Source: Akkermansiaceae bacterium (lineage in GTDB: Bacteria; Verrucomicrobiota; Verrucomicrobiia; Verrucomicrobiales; Akkermansiaceae). Taken from it: a stretch of 64,000 nucleotides of DNA. Positions 28,952 to 36,621 of the stretch are shown here, piece after piece (positions within the stretch are counted from its first letter, which is position 1; each line of letters opens with the position of its first letter). The stretch covers positions 4,514-68,513 of the forward strand of contig CANHPN010000008.1 in the NCBI GenBank assembly GCA_947462535.1. The letters run 5' to 3'. The position numbers and the translations under genes were made by a program. Below the pieces are notes generated by a model, which was not told the origin of the DNA, searched no databases, and saw only the letters and a program-made list of their open reading frames with translations.

Positions 28952-29057
28952 AAAAAGCTGAAAAGCTGAAAAGCTGAGAAAAGAAACCATGACACCCCAT
29001 TCACAGATTCAACGCTCTTCCATTTCAGCGTTTCAGCGTTTCAGCGTTTCAGCATTT
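28952..29057. repeat. Inverted pair of 8-bp repeat tracts: (AAAGCTGA)n at 28952-28983 and (TTTCAGCG)n at 29023-29057
   Basis: Seen directly; the two tracts are near reverse complements. Confidence 0.75.
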
Positions 29058-29065
29058 ACCCACTA

Positions 29066-29377
29066 ATGCGCGTAGCCCAAGTCATCGGTCGAGTGACCCT
29101 GAGTATCCAAGACCCCTCCTTCAAAGGCGGTCGCTGGCTCATGGTCAATCCGCTGGACGCAGGGCAATTCAACGACGCTTGCCAAAACGCACCGGCCCTA
29201 ACCAGCCAGTCCACCCTCGTCGCCTACGACAACATGGGCGCCGGAGACGGCGACATCGTCGGCATTGTCGAGGGTGCCGAAGCCACCGCGCCCTTTGATT
29301 TTCCAATCCCCATCGACGCCATCACCGTCGCCATTTTCGACTCGCTTTCCTACGAACCACCTTCACCTAACCGCTGA
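29066..29377 (+). CDS. BMC-P pentamer (EutN/CcmL family) 3
   Basis: MRVAQVIGRVTLS, VAYDNMGAG.GD, PIDA..VAIFD. Confidence 0.9.
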   Translation: MRVAQVIGRVTLSIQDPSFKGGRWLMVNPLDAGQFNDACQNAPALTSQSTLVAYDNMGAGDGDIVGIVEGAEATAPFDFPIPIDAITVAIFDSLSYEPPSPNR

Positions 29378-29382
29378 ACCAC

Positions 29383-30471
29383 ATGAGCAACAAAGTCTTC
29401 ACCGCCGCTGATATCGAAGCCCACCTGAAATCCGGGAAAACCGCTGCCGATCTCCCGAAAGGCTCGGTTCTCACGCCATCCGCCAAGGACGTCCTCCGCG
29501 ACGGCATCGGTCCGGTCCGCGCCGGTGGCTCATCTGCCAGTTCGTCCGCGCCAGCCGCCTACGCCGAGCCGATCCTTCCCGACTACGAGTTCAAGTGGAC
29601 TCCCGGCAAGGACCCGAAGACCCCGGCTGAAATCCACGCGTTCTTCCACTCACCGGCCATCGTCGAGCTCAAGCAGCGGATGGTCGACATCGGCAAGCGC
29701 ATGTGGGCCCGCGAATACACCGACGGCAATGGCGGCAACCTTACCATTCGCGTCGGCGACAACCTCGTGCTCTGCACTCCGACCCTCGTTTCCAAGGGTT
29801 TCATGACGCTCGAGCAAATGTGCCTGGTGGACATGGAAGGCGTCCAACTTGCCGGCAAATACAAGCGCACTTCCGAGTGCATGACCCACCTCGCGATCAT
29901 GAAGCGCCAGCCCAAGGCCAAGGCCTGCTGCCACGCCCACCCGCCGCACGGCACCGCCTTCGCCGTCGCCGGTGTCCAGCCGCCGACCTGCATGATTCCC
30001 GAAGCGGAAGTCTTCCTCGGTCAGATCGGTCTCTCCAAATATGAAACTCCCGGCACGCCCGCGAACGCGGTGGCTGTTGGAGATGCCGCCGTCGATCACA
30101 TGGCTGTTCTGATGGTCAACCACGGTGTCATCACCTGGGGCAAGGACATCGAGGATTCCTATTGGAAAATGGAAAACGTCGAGTCCTACTGCAAAACCAT
30201 CTGGGTCGCCTCGCAGCTCAACGGCGGCAAGCTTCTCACCATCACCGGTGGCCAGGCCAAGGAACTCATCGCGCTCCGAAAGGTGCTCGGCATGGAAGAC
30301 AAGCGCGCCAACTGGCAGGAATGCCAGCTCTGCGACAACGCCGAATTCAGCCCGGGCACCGTCTGCCAGATTCCTGACAAATCCGCTCCGTCCGGCGGCG
30401 GCAAGCTCGACCCGGAAGCGGAAAAACTCGTGCAAATGCTCACTGAGCAGATCCTGGCCGCGGTCAAATAG
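29383..30471 (+). CDS. Class II aldolase (fuculose/rhamnulose-1-P aldolase-like) with N-terminal extension and C-terminal encapsulation-like peptide
   Basis: GGNLTIR, TPT.VSKG, TSE...HL, HAHPP, NHG; C-terminal [20 protein letters not shown]. Confidence 0.92.
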   Translation: MSNKVFTAADIEAHLKSGKTAADLPKGSVLTPSAKDVLRDGIGPVRAGGSSASSSAPAAYAEPILPDYEFKWTPGKDPKTPAEIHAFFHSPAIVELKQRMVDIGKRMWAREYTDGNGGNLTIRVGDNLVLCTPTLVSKGFMTLEQMCLVDMEGVQLAGKYKRTSECMTHLAIMKRQPKAKACCHAHPPHGTAFAVAGVQPPTCMIPEAEVFLGQIGLSKYETPGTPANAVAVGDAAVDHMAVLMVNHGVITWGKDIEDSYWKMENVESYCKTIWVASQLNGGKLLTITGGQAKELIALRKVLGMEDKRANWQECQLCDNAEFSPGTVCQIPDKSAPSGGGKLDPEAEKLVQMLTEQILAAVK

Positions 30472-30493
30472 TAAATCAGCTACACCACTTCTC

Positions 30494-31483
30494 ATGAAAA
30501 CTCCCATTACCGTCTCCATCACCGGCGCGGCTGGCCAGATCGGCTATGCGCTTCTTTTCCGCATCGCTTCCGGATTCGTCTTCGGCCCGGACCAGCCGGT
30601 CAACCTCCGCCTGATCGAGATCGAGCCCGGCATGGCGGCGCTCCAAGGAGTGATGATGGAGCTCGATGACTGTGCCTTCCCGCTCCTCAACGAAGTCGTC
30701 GGCACCTCGGATCTCAACGAAGGATTCAAGGGCGCGAACTGGGCGCTGCTCGTCGGCTCCGTGCCGCGCAAGGCCGGGATGGAACGCGCCGACCTGCTCG
30801 GCATCAACGGCAAGATTTTCACCGGCCAGGGCAAAGCGATTGCCAGAAACGCCGCGAGGGACGTCCGTGTGTTAGTGGTCGGAAATCCCTGCAACACCAA
30901 CGCGCTCATCGCCATGAACAACGCCGAGGGAATTCCGAAGGACCGCTTCTTTGCAATGACCCGGCTCGATGAAAACCGCGCCAAGAGCCAGCTCGCCAAG
31001 AAGGCCAGCGTGCATCAATCCAAGGTCACCAACCTCTGCATCTGGGGCAACCACTCGGCCACCCAGTATCCGGATTTCACCAACGCCAAGATCAACGGCC
31101 GCCCCGTCACCGACGTGATTTCCCACGTCGCATGGCTCAAGGGCGACTTCATCAGCACCGTCCAGCAGCGCGGTGCCGCCATCATCAAGGCCCGCGGCGC
31201 ATCCTCCGCCGCCTCCGCCGCGAATGCCGCGCTCGACACCGTGAAAAGCCTGATCACCCCGACTCCGGCCGGCGACTGGCATTCCGTCGCGGTCTGCTCG
31301 GACGGTTCTTACGGGATTGAAAAAGGCCTCATCGCCTCGATGCCGATCCGCACCATCGAGAACGGCAAATGGGAAGTCGTCCAAGGCCTGCCCATCGACG
31401 CGTTCAGCCAGGAGAAGATCGATCTCACCATCAGCGAGCTCATGGAAGAGCGCGACGCGGTGAAGCACCTGATTCCCGGCTGA
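30494..31483 (+). CDS. mdh: Malate dehydrogenase (cytosolic-type MDH clade)
   Basis: [44 protein letters not shown]. Confidence 0.93.
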   Translation: MKTPITVSITGAAGQIGYALLFRIASGFVFGPDQPVNLRLIEIEPGMAALQGVMMELDDCAFPLLNEVVGTSDLNEGFKGANWALLVGSVPRKAGMERADLLGINGKIFTGQGKAIARNAARDVRVLVVGNPCNTNALIAMNNAEGIPKDRFFAMTRLDENRAKSQLAKKASVHQSKVTNLCIWGNHSATQYPDFTNAKINGRPVTDVISHVAWLKGDFISTVQQRGAAIIKARGASSAASAANAALDTVKSLITPTPAGDWHSVAVCSDGSYGIEKGLIASMPIRTIENGKWEVVQGLPIDAFSQEKIDLTISELMEERDAVKHLIPG

Positions 31484-31506
31484 GCCAACACGGTTAGTCT
31501 TTCCTG

Positions 31507-31542
31507 AAATGCCTGCTGCCATCCGGTGGCAGGCATTTTTTG
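31507..31542 (+). terminator. Rho-independent terminator ending the BMC operon
   Basis: aaatgcctgc...gcaggcattttt. Confidence 0.7.
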
Positions 31543-31543
31543 C

Positions 31544-32215
31544 TCAGCGGGTGCCCTCGTAAATGGTGACCACGCCGAGGGTGATCGGAGTGAAGTCGGT
31601 TCTTCCGAAGCCGCAGGTTTCGAGCAAGTCAGTCATCGCTCTGCCGGAGGGAAATTGCTCGATGGAGCCGCCGAGGTATTCGTAGGCGTCCTTCTGGCCG
31701 GTGAGCCAGCCCGCCATGTGCGGCAGGACGTGATGGAGATACCAGCGGTAAGGTCTGCGCAGGATGCCGTCGGGCAGCGAGAAATCCAGGATGACGAGGC
31801 GGCCGCCGGGCTTGAGGACGCGGTGCATCTCGCGCAGCGCGGCGGGGTAGTCCGCCATGTTGCGCAGGCCGAAGGCGACGGTGACGACGTCGAATTCCTG
31901 GTCTTTGAATGGCAGCTGCAGCGCGTCTGCAACGATGGTTTTCGCGATGCCGCGGCTGGCGGCGTGGGCGAGCATTTCCGCGCAGAAGTCGGAGGCGATC
32001 ACCTCGCACTGCGGGCACTCGTCCTGGATTTCCAAGGCAAGGTCGCCGGTGCCGCTGGCGACGTCGAGCAGGCGGGCGGGTTTCCATTTCCGGATGCGGG
32101 AGGTGACGACCTTGCGCCACCAAATGTCCATGCCGCAGCTCAGGACGTGATTGGTGAGCACGTAGCGGTCGGCGATTCTCGCGAAGGCATCATGGACGTA
32201 GACGGCATCGGGCAT
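31544..32215 (-). CDS. ubiE: UbiE/MenG quinone-biosynthesis methyltransferase
   Basis: YVLTNHVLS.G.D..WR, LDVASGTGD, VAFGLRN, AYEYL..SI..FP. Confidence 0.88.
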   Translation of the reverse strand: MPDAVYVHDAFARIADRYVLTNHVLSCGMDIWWRKVVTSRIRKWKPARLLDVASGTGDLALEIQDECPQCEVIASDFCAEMLAHAASRGIAKTIVADALQLPFKDQEFDVVTVAFGLRNMADYPAALREMHRVLKPGGRLVILDFSLPDGILRRPYRWYLHHVLPHMAGWLTGQKDAYEYLGGSIEQFPSGRAMTDLLETCGFGRTDFTPITLGVVTIYEGTR

Positions 32216-32358
32216 GCGGGATGGGTAAACCGGATGGGATTTCCGACAAGCGCGAAGTGCGGGCGGGATAAGATCCCGCTTTTCCGCCGCGCCGGGTCCT
32301 TGGAAATATCCTATTTTCCTCTTGCCAAGAGGGTGCCGATCCCTAGTTTGCCCGTCCC

Positions 32359-32571
32359 ATGCCAAGAGTCGGAGGAAAAGCAAAAACACGGAAAGCCGTT
32401 GCCAAGCGTTTCAAAGTCACTGGGACAGGGAAAATTCTTCGTCGGAAACAAGGGGCTCGCCACTTGTTGCAAGGCAAGAACAGCAAACGCAAGCGTCGTC
32501 TTGGCCAAGCTGCTCTCGTCTCCGATGCTGACCTTCGCAACGTCAGGGAGAATCTTCCTTTTTCCCGGTAA
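32359..32571 (+). CDS. rpmI: 50S ribosomal protein L35
   Basis: [23 protein letters not shown]. Confidence 0.95.
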   Translation: MPRVGGKAKTRKAVAKRFKVTGTGKILRRKQGARHLLQGKNSKRKRRLGQAALVSDADLRNVRENLPFSR

Positions 32572-32714
32572 ACTGGAAATCGCAGCAACGAATAATAGCC
32601 CCGTCCGCGAATCGGACGGCCTTTACACAGCCTGATCCCGCGAGGGAGACACGAACAGTCGAGACTGTGGAAGGAAATGAAATCAACGGTCTGTTCAAAC
32701 TGAAATAACACAAA

Positions 32715-33095
32715 ATGCCACGTGCCACCAACTCACCGGCCAGCCGGGCCCGCCGCAAGCGGACTCTGCTCCGTGCCAAGGGTTTCCGCGGTTTCCGCTC
32801 GAAACTCTTCCGTTACGCCAAGGACGCTGTCCGCAAGGCGATGACGTATGAATATCGCGACCGGAAGCGGCGCAAAGGTCAGTTCCGCCGCCTGTGGACC
32901 CAGCGTATCAACGCTGCCGTCCGCAACGAGGACATGACCTACTCGCGCTTCATCGAGGGCCTGAAAGCCGCCGGTATCGAAGCTGACCGCAAGATCCTCT
33001 CGGATCTCGCGATCACCGATGCCGCAGCGTTCTCCGCCATCGTCGCCCAGGCTAAGAAAGCCCTCGAAGCGAAACACGCTTCGAAAGCCGCCTGA
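32715..33095 (+). CDS. rplT: 50S ribosomal protein L20
   Basis: AKGFRG, YRDRKRRK..FRRLW..RINAA, YSRFI.GLK.AGIE.DRKILSD. Confidence 0.97.
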   Translation: MPRATNSPASRARRKRTLLRAKGFRGFRSKLFRYAKDAVRKAMTYEYRDRKRRKGQFRRLWTQRINAAVRNEDMTYSRFIEGLKAAGIEADRKILSDLAITDAAAFSAIVAQAKKALEAKHASKAA

Positions 33096-33117
33096 TCCTC
33101 GGAACCGAAACATCCAC

Positions 33118-33154
33118 ACGCCGTCCGGCTTCATGCCGGGCGGCGTTTTTTTTT
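33118..33154 (+). terminator. Rho-independent terminator of rpmI-rplT
   Basis: acgccgtccggc-ttcat-gccgggcggcgt followed by a T tract. Confidence 0.85.
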
Positions 33155-33163
33155 GCGCGAATC

Positions 33164-34111
33164 TCAATCAGCGGGGTTGCGCGGATTGAATTTCGAAATC
33201 CCGCGCAGTTTCTCCCAGATTTCGAGCTCCTCGGCGCTGGATTTTGTCGGCAGATGCACGGTGATGGTGGCGTGGAAATCCCCGCGCTCGCCGGTTTTTC
33301 CCTTGGGCAGGCCGCGGCCGCGGACCCGGAGTTGCTGGCCGTTTTCGCTGCCGGCGGGGATGCGGAGTTTGATCGGGCCGTCCAGCGTCGGCACGCTGAG
33401 TTGGGTGCCGAGCACCGCTTCCCACGGCGCGAGGTCGAGGTCGTAATAAAGATCCGAGCCCTCGGTGTGGAAATCCGGGTGGGCGGCATGGCGCACTCGC
33501 AGATACAGATCGCCCGGCGGACCGCCGCCGCTGCCGGCCTCGCCCTGGCCTGTGACGCGGATGCGTTTGCCGTCGGTCACGCCCGCCGGGATTCTCACTT
33601 GGAAGGAGCGTGTCTCGGCCTTGCCGGTGCGCGGGTTGGTGATCTGGAGGGTAATCGGCCGGACGTCGCCAATCATGATTTCCTCCAAGGTGACGAGGAT
33701 GTCGCCCTCGATGTCGTTGCCGCGGCGCTCGCGGGCGGTTGGAGGCGGACCGGTTTCGTAACGGCCGCTGCCGCCGAAGAATTGCTCGAAAAAGTCGCTG
33801 AAGCCGGTGCCGCCGAAGTTGACCTCGCGTTCCTCGAACGGCGCGCCACCTCGCCGCCGCCCGCCCGCAGCGGCGTAGGGATTTTGCCAGTCCGCCCCGA
33901 GGTCGTCGTATTTCTGGCGCTTTTCGGGATCGCTCAGCACCTCGTTGGCCTCGTTGATCTCCTTGAATTTCGCCTCGGCGGCCTTCTTGTCCTTGGCGAC
34001 GTCCGGGTGATGCTTCCGCGCCAGTTTGCGGAAAGCCTTCTTGATGTCGGCGGCGCTGGCGTCGCGCGGCACGCCGAGGGTGGCGTAGTAGTCTTTGAAT
34101 TCGGCGGACAT
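33164..34111 (-). CDS. DnaJ-class chaperone (CbpA-like: J domain plus C-terminal domain, no Zn fingers)
   Basis: [35 protein letters not shown]. Confidence 0.92.
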   Translation of the reverse strand: MSAEFKDYYATLGVPRDASAADIKKAFRKLARKHHPDVAKDKKAAEAKFKEINEANEVLSDPEKRQKYDDLGADWQNPYAAAGGRRRGGAPFEEREVNFGGTGFSDFFEQFFGGSGRYETGPPPTARERRGNDIEGDILVTLEEIMIGDVRPITLQITNPRTGKAETRSFQVRIPAGVTDGKRIRVTGQGEAGSGGGPPGDLYLRVRHAAHPDFHTEGSDLYYDLDLAPWEAVLGTQLSVPTLDGPIKLRIPAGSENGQQLRVRGRGLPKGKTGERGDFHATITVHLPTKSSAEELEIWEKLRGISKFNPRNPAD

Positions 34112-34184
34112 GGCGGTTTTTGGGAGAATCGGACGACTTCGCTTATAGTCCCGATTCCGCCGGGTGTCGAGTCCGCAAGATTAC

Positions 34185-34357
34185 CCGGACATCGCGCACA
34201 TGTGCCCATGCATCGCGCACGGGCACCCGAACATCGCGTAACGGGGGTCCGTACATGGGGAACAGGCACCCGTTCCACGCGTAACGGGGGTTCGAACATC
34301 GCGTAACGGGGGTCCGGACATCGCGTAACGGGGTGCCTGACATCGCGCACAGGCAGT
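34185..34357 (+). repeat. Array of 8 degenerate 21/22-bp tandem repeats (consensus ccgNACATCGCGtAaCgGGggt)
   Basis: Units start at 34185, 34206, 34227, 34249, 34270, 34292, 34314, 34336. Confidence 0.85.
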
Positions 34358-34497
34358 GGAAACACGGGCCGGTGGCCTCGGGATCGAATTATTCGCGCCC
34401 GTGCATTGCGAATTCCGGCGTCTGCATCGCGGACCCTGAACCGGTCTTTGCGAGCCCTTTGCAGTCCCTCTGCAACGGGTTGCTTGCCGCGTGCGCC

Positions 34498-34533
34498 GTG
34501 GCGGCGATCACCGGTCGCCGCGAAATCCCGTCC
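34498..34533 (+). repeat. REP-like hairpin, left direct repeat of the TA module
   Basis: GTGG-CGGCGA-TCACCGG-TCGCCG-cgaaatcccgtcc; 34502-34533 identical to 35885-35916. Confidence 0.85.
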
Positions 34534-34647
34534 TCGTCATCCCGCTCGTTCCCATCGCCCACCGCCACCCCGAAGCCATCCACCCCGAAGAAGCCAGTGC
34601 GGCACGGGTGCTGCGGGAATGGGTGAAAAACCAAGGCGGGGTGAAAA

Positions 34648-35127
34648 TCAGTCGTTGGCTGGCAAGTTGCGAAGCACCGTAATCAAGGATTTTTGGTTTA
34701 CCCTCAGCTCGAAGCCGGTGACATCGCCTTTCTGACTGGTTTCACCAAGTTTCACTTGGGTGCCAGGTGGCAGGCGGTGAAGCTGAAACAGCTGTTCCCA
34801 GACCCCTGCAACCGCGTTCTTCTGGGTGACAAAACCTTTGCTGATGATCCCTGAAGTGAAGACGATGTGAGTGATACCCCATTCGCGACAAATCAGCGGC
34901 AGCTTTTCCTGAGCTGAATTCTTCCCAGCGTCTTTGGTGATAACGATCCACGAGGGATCCTGTCGAAGTGCTTCGAGCCACTGGCTGTCGGGCGTCCCGG
35001 CGGTCCAATCGTCCATCAGATGGCGGATTTGCAAAGCCGGATAGTCGCGCTGGTAAAAGTCACGGAGTTCACGGGGCAGCCGCGGGCTGCAACATTCATC
35101 GAAGAGCAGCTTGAGCCCGGCGCTCAT
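34648..35127 (-). CDS. PIN-like toxin (VapC45/PIN_10-like)
   Basis: LLFDECC, TPDSQWL, IVITKD; ATG overlaps the antitoxin stop (ATGA). Confidence 0.75.
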   Translation of the reverse strand: MSAGLKLLFDECCSPRLPRELRDFYQRDYPALQIRHLMDDWTAGTPDSQWLEALRQDPSWIVITKDAGKNSAQEKLPLICREWGITHIVFTSGIISKGFVTQKNAVAGVWEQLFQLHRLPPGTQVKLGETSQKGDVTGFELRVNQKSLITVLRNLPAND

Positions 35128-35819
35128 GCGGCATTGCCGATTTCCTGATTCCAGTAGCGATAGGCGGCCTCCACGGCGGCCTCCGGCACCTCGTAAAGCT
35201 CGGCGGCCTTCTCGATGCTGCCTTCCGTGACCGCAGCCCGCCACAGGGTTTCCGCGGAATAGCCGGAGCCGGCGACACTCGGTGCCCCAAAGCGGACTTT
35301 CGGATTCAACACAATTTCCTGATCGCCGAAGGTAAAGGCCCGATAGAGCACCGCCAGGCCGTCGGCGTCATAATCGAGATCCTTCATGTAGGCCTCGATG
35401 CATGGCTTCATGGACTTCTGCCCAAGATCGGGGCCCGTGAGGCCGACCGGGTTTTCGGCATCCTCCTTGAGAAAGATGTGGAGATCCTTGCCGATGAGCA
35501 CCGTGCGGTGATCTTGGCGGGCGAAGGGATGCTCGATCCGGTAGTGATCGCGGGCATTGCGGATCGCTTCTTTGATTTTCGGCAGGGGCACCCCGTAATC
35601 CGCCCGCAGGGACCGGATCGCCAGAGCTTCCACAAAGTCCGTGAAGCTGATGCGCTTGGCTCCGTCATCCGTGATGCCACTTCGGCTCATCGGTTCGGTC
35701 TGATTCGTGCCGAAAAACCAGCGGCTCAGGGTCGCAGGCGGCATCCGGGCATAACGCGCCGCCTCTGCGACGCTATAAACGCCGAGTCCTTGGGTAGCAG
35801 CTTGGAATGTGGTGACCAT
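35124..35819 (-). CDS. Antitoxin with HTH + DUF433 (VapB45-like)
   Basis: YSVAEAARYARMP.ATLSRW, SFTDFVE, LNPKVRFGAP.V.G, AAELYEV....VEAA. Confidence 0.8.
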   Translation of the reverse strand: MVTTFQAATQGLGVYSVAEAARYARMPPATLSRWFFGTNQTEPMSRSGITDDGAKRISFTDFVEALAIRSLRADYGVPLPKIKEAIRNARDHYRIEHPFARQDHRTVLIGKDLHIFLKEDAENPVGLTGPDLGQKSMKPCIEAYMKDLDYDADGLAVLYRAFTFGDQEIVLNPKVRFGAPSVAGSGYSAETLWRAAVTEGSIEKAAELYEVPEAAVEAAYRYWNQEIGNAA

Positions 35820-35880
35820 TGGAAGAAGTTGTCGGAAACTAGCCTCGAAGCGCGACGCCGCCAAGCGCCAAGTGTCTCCC

Positions 35881-35916
35881 GTAACGGCGATCACCGGTCG
35901 CCGCGAAATCCCGTCC
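35881..35916 (+). repeat. REP-like hairpin, right direct repeat of the TA module
   Basis: GTAA-CGGCGA-TCACCGG-TCGCCG-cgaaatcccgtcc. Confidence 0.85.
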
Positions 35917-35968
35917 AGTCCTCTTCGCCCCGCCCGGCACCACCACCACTTTCGCGGCGACCCGAAAA

Positions 35969-36017
35969 GTGGCTGCCGGGTCTCGCGGCAGACCGTTGCC
36001 GAGGCGTCTCGCCTCGT
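35969..36017 (+). repeat. REP-like doublet (loops GGTCTCG and CGTCTCG)
   Basis: GTGG-CTGCCG-GGTCTCG-CGGCAG then GTTG-CCGAGG-CGTCTCG-CCTCG; homologous to 39922-39971. Confidence 0.75.
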
Positions 36018-36069
36018 GCCTTCTGGCCCAGCGCATTTCCGCCAAACATGAGGCGCGCTGTTTTCCTCT

Positions 36070-36453
36070 TCAGCGCCCGCCGCGCTTCTTCTCCGCCAGA
36101 ATCCCCTCCGCTCTCTGCAGAATCGCCGCCCGGCAGAACTCCGTCAGGCTCTCCGCCTTCACCAAGCGGCTGGCACGGTCCGCCTTGTCGAATTCCTCCG
36201 CCGTCCGGAAAATCAGGTTCCACGGCGGTGCCTCGGGCTGCACCTCGCGCTGCCGCGCCGTCTCCAAGGTGATCACCCGCTCGATGTCGTCCATGAACTC
36301 CTTCGTCCGCTTGCCCTTCGGCTGGAGGTATTGACGAATCGTGTGCTCGCTCATCTTGAGCTGCACGGCAAGCCACTTCCGATCCTTCCCGATCGCCGCA
36401 AGTCGCCGCCGAATCTCCTGATGCTCGCTCACAATTTGAGCATACCGATACAT
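36070..36453 (-). CDS. Small XRE-like HTH regulator
   Basis: IRRRLAAIGKDRKWLAVQLKMSEHTIRQYL; divergent from the helicase. Confidence 0.6.
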   Translation of the reverse strand: MYRYAQIVSEHQEIRRRLAAIGKDRKWLAVQLKMSEHTIRQYLQPKGKRTKEFMDDIERVITLETARQREVQPEAPPWNLIFRTAEEFDKADRASRLVKAESLTEFCRAAILQRAEGILAEKKRGGR

Positions 36454-36621
36454 CCGTGTTTCGGGAGCTTTCAGGAAGAACCCGCTAATTCAAATCGTGT
36501 TTCAATGCCGTCATTCATTGGATTCAAAGATCTAAAATCAATCGCGCGCGTCATATGGCTTGCGAAATGTCGCTAGTTTTTGTCTTTATCCGCTACAGCA
36601 ACCCGCCTCCGAAACTCGGAT

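Noticed and set aside
34288-34297. gggttcgaac matching the tRNA-Val T-arm as a possible attL
   Set aside because: Only 10 bp, falls across a tandem-repeat junction, and does not extend toward the CCA end
34185-34357. Possible CRISPR array
   Set aside because: Units are contiguous with no unique spacers, and no cas genes are in the window
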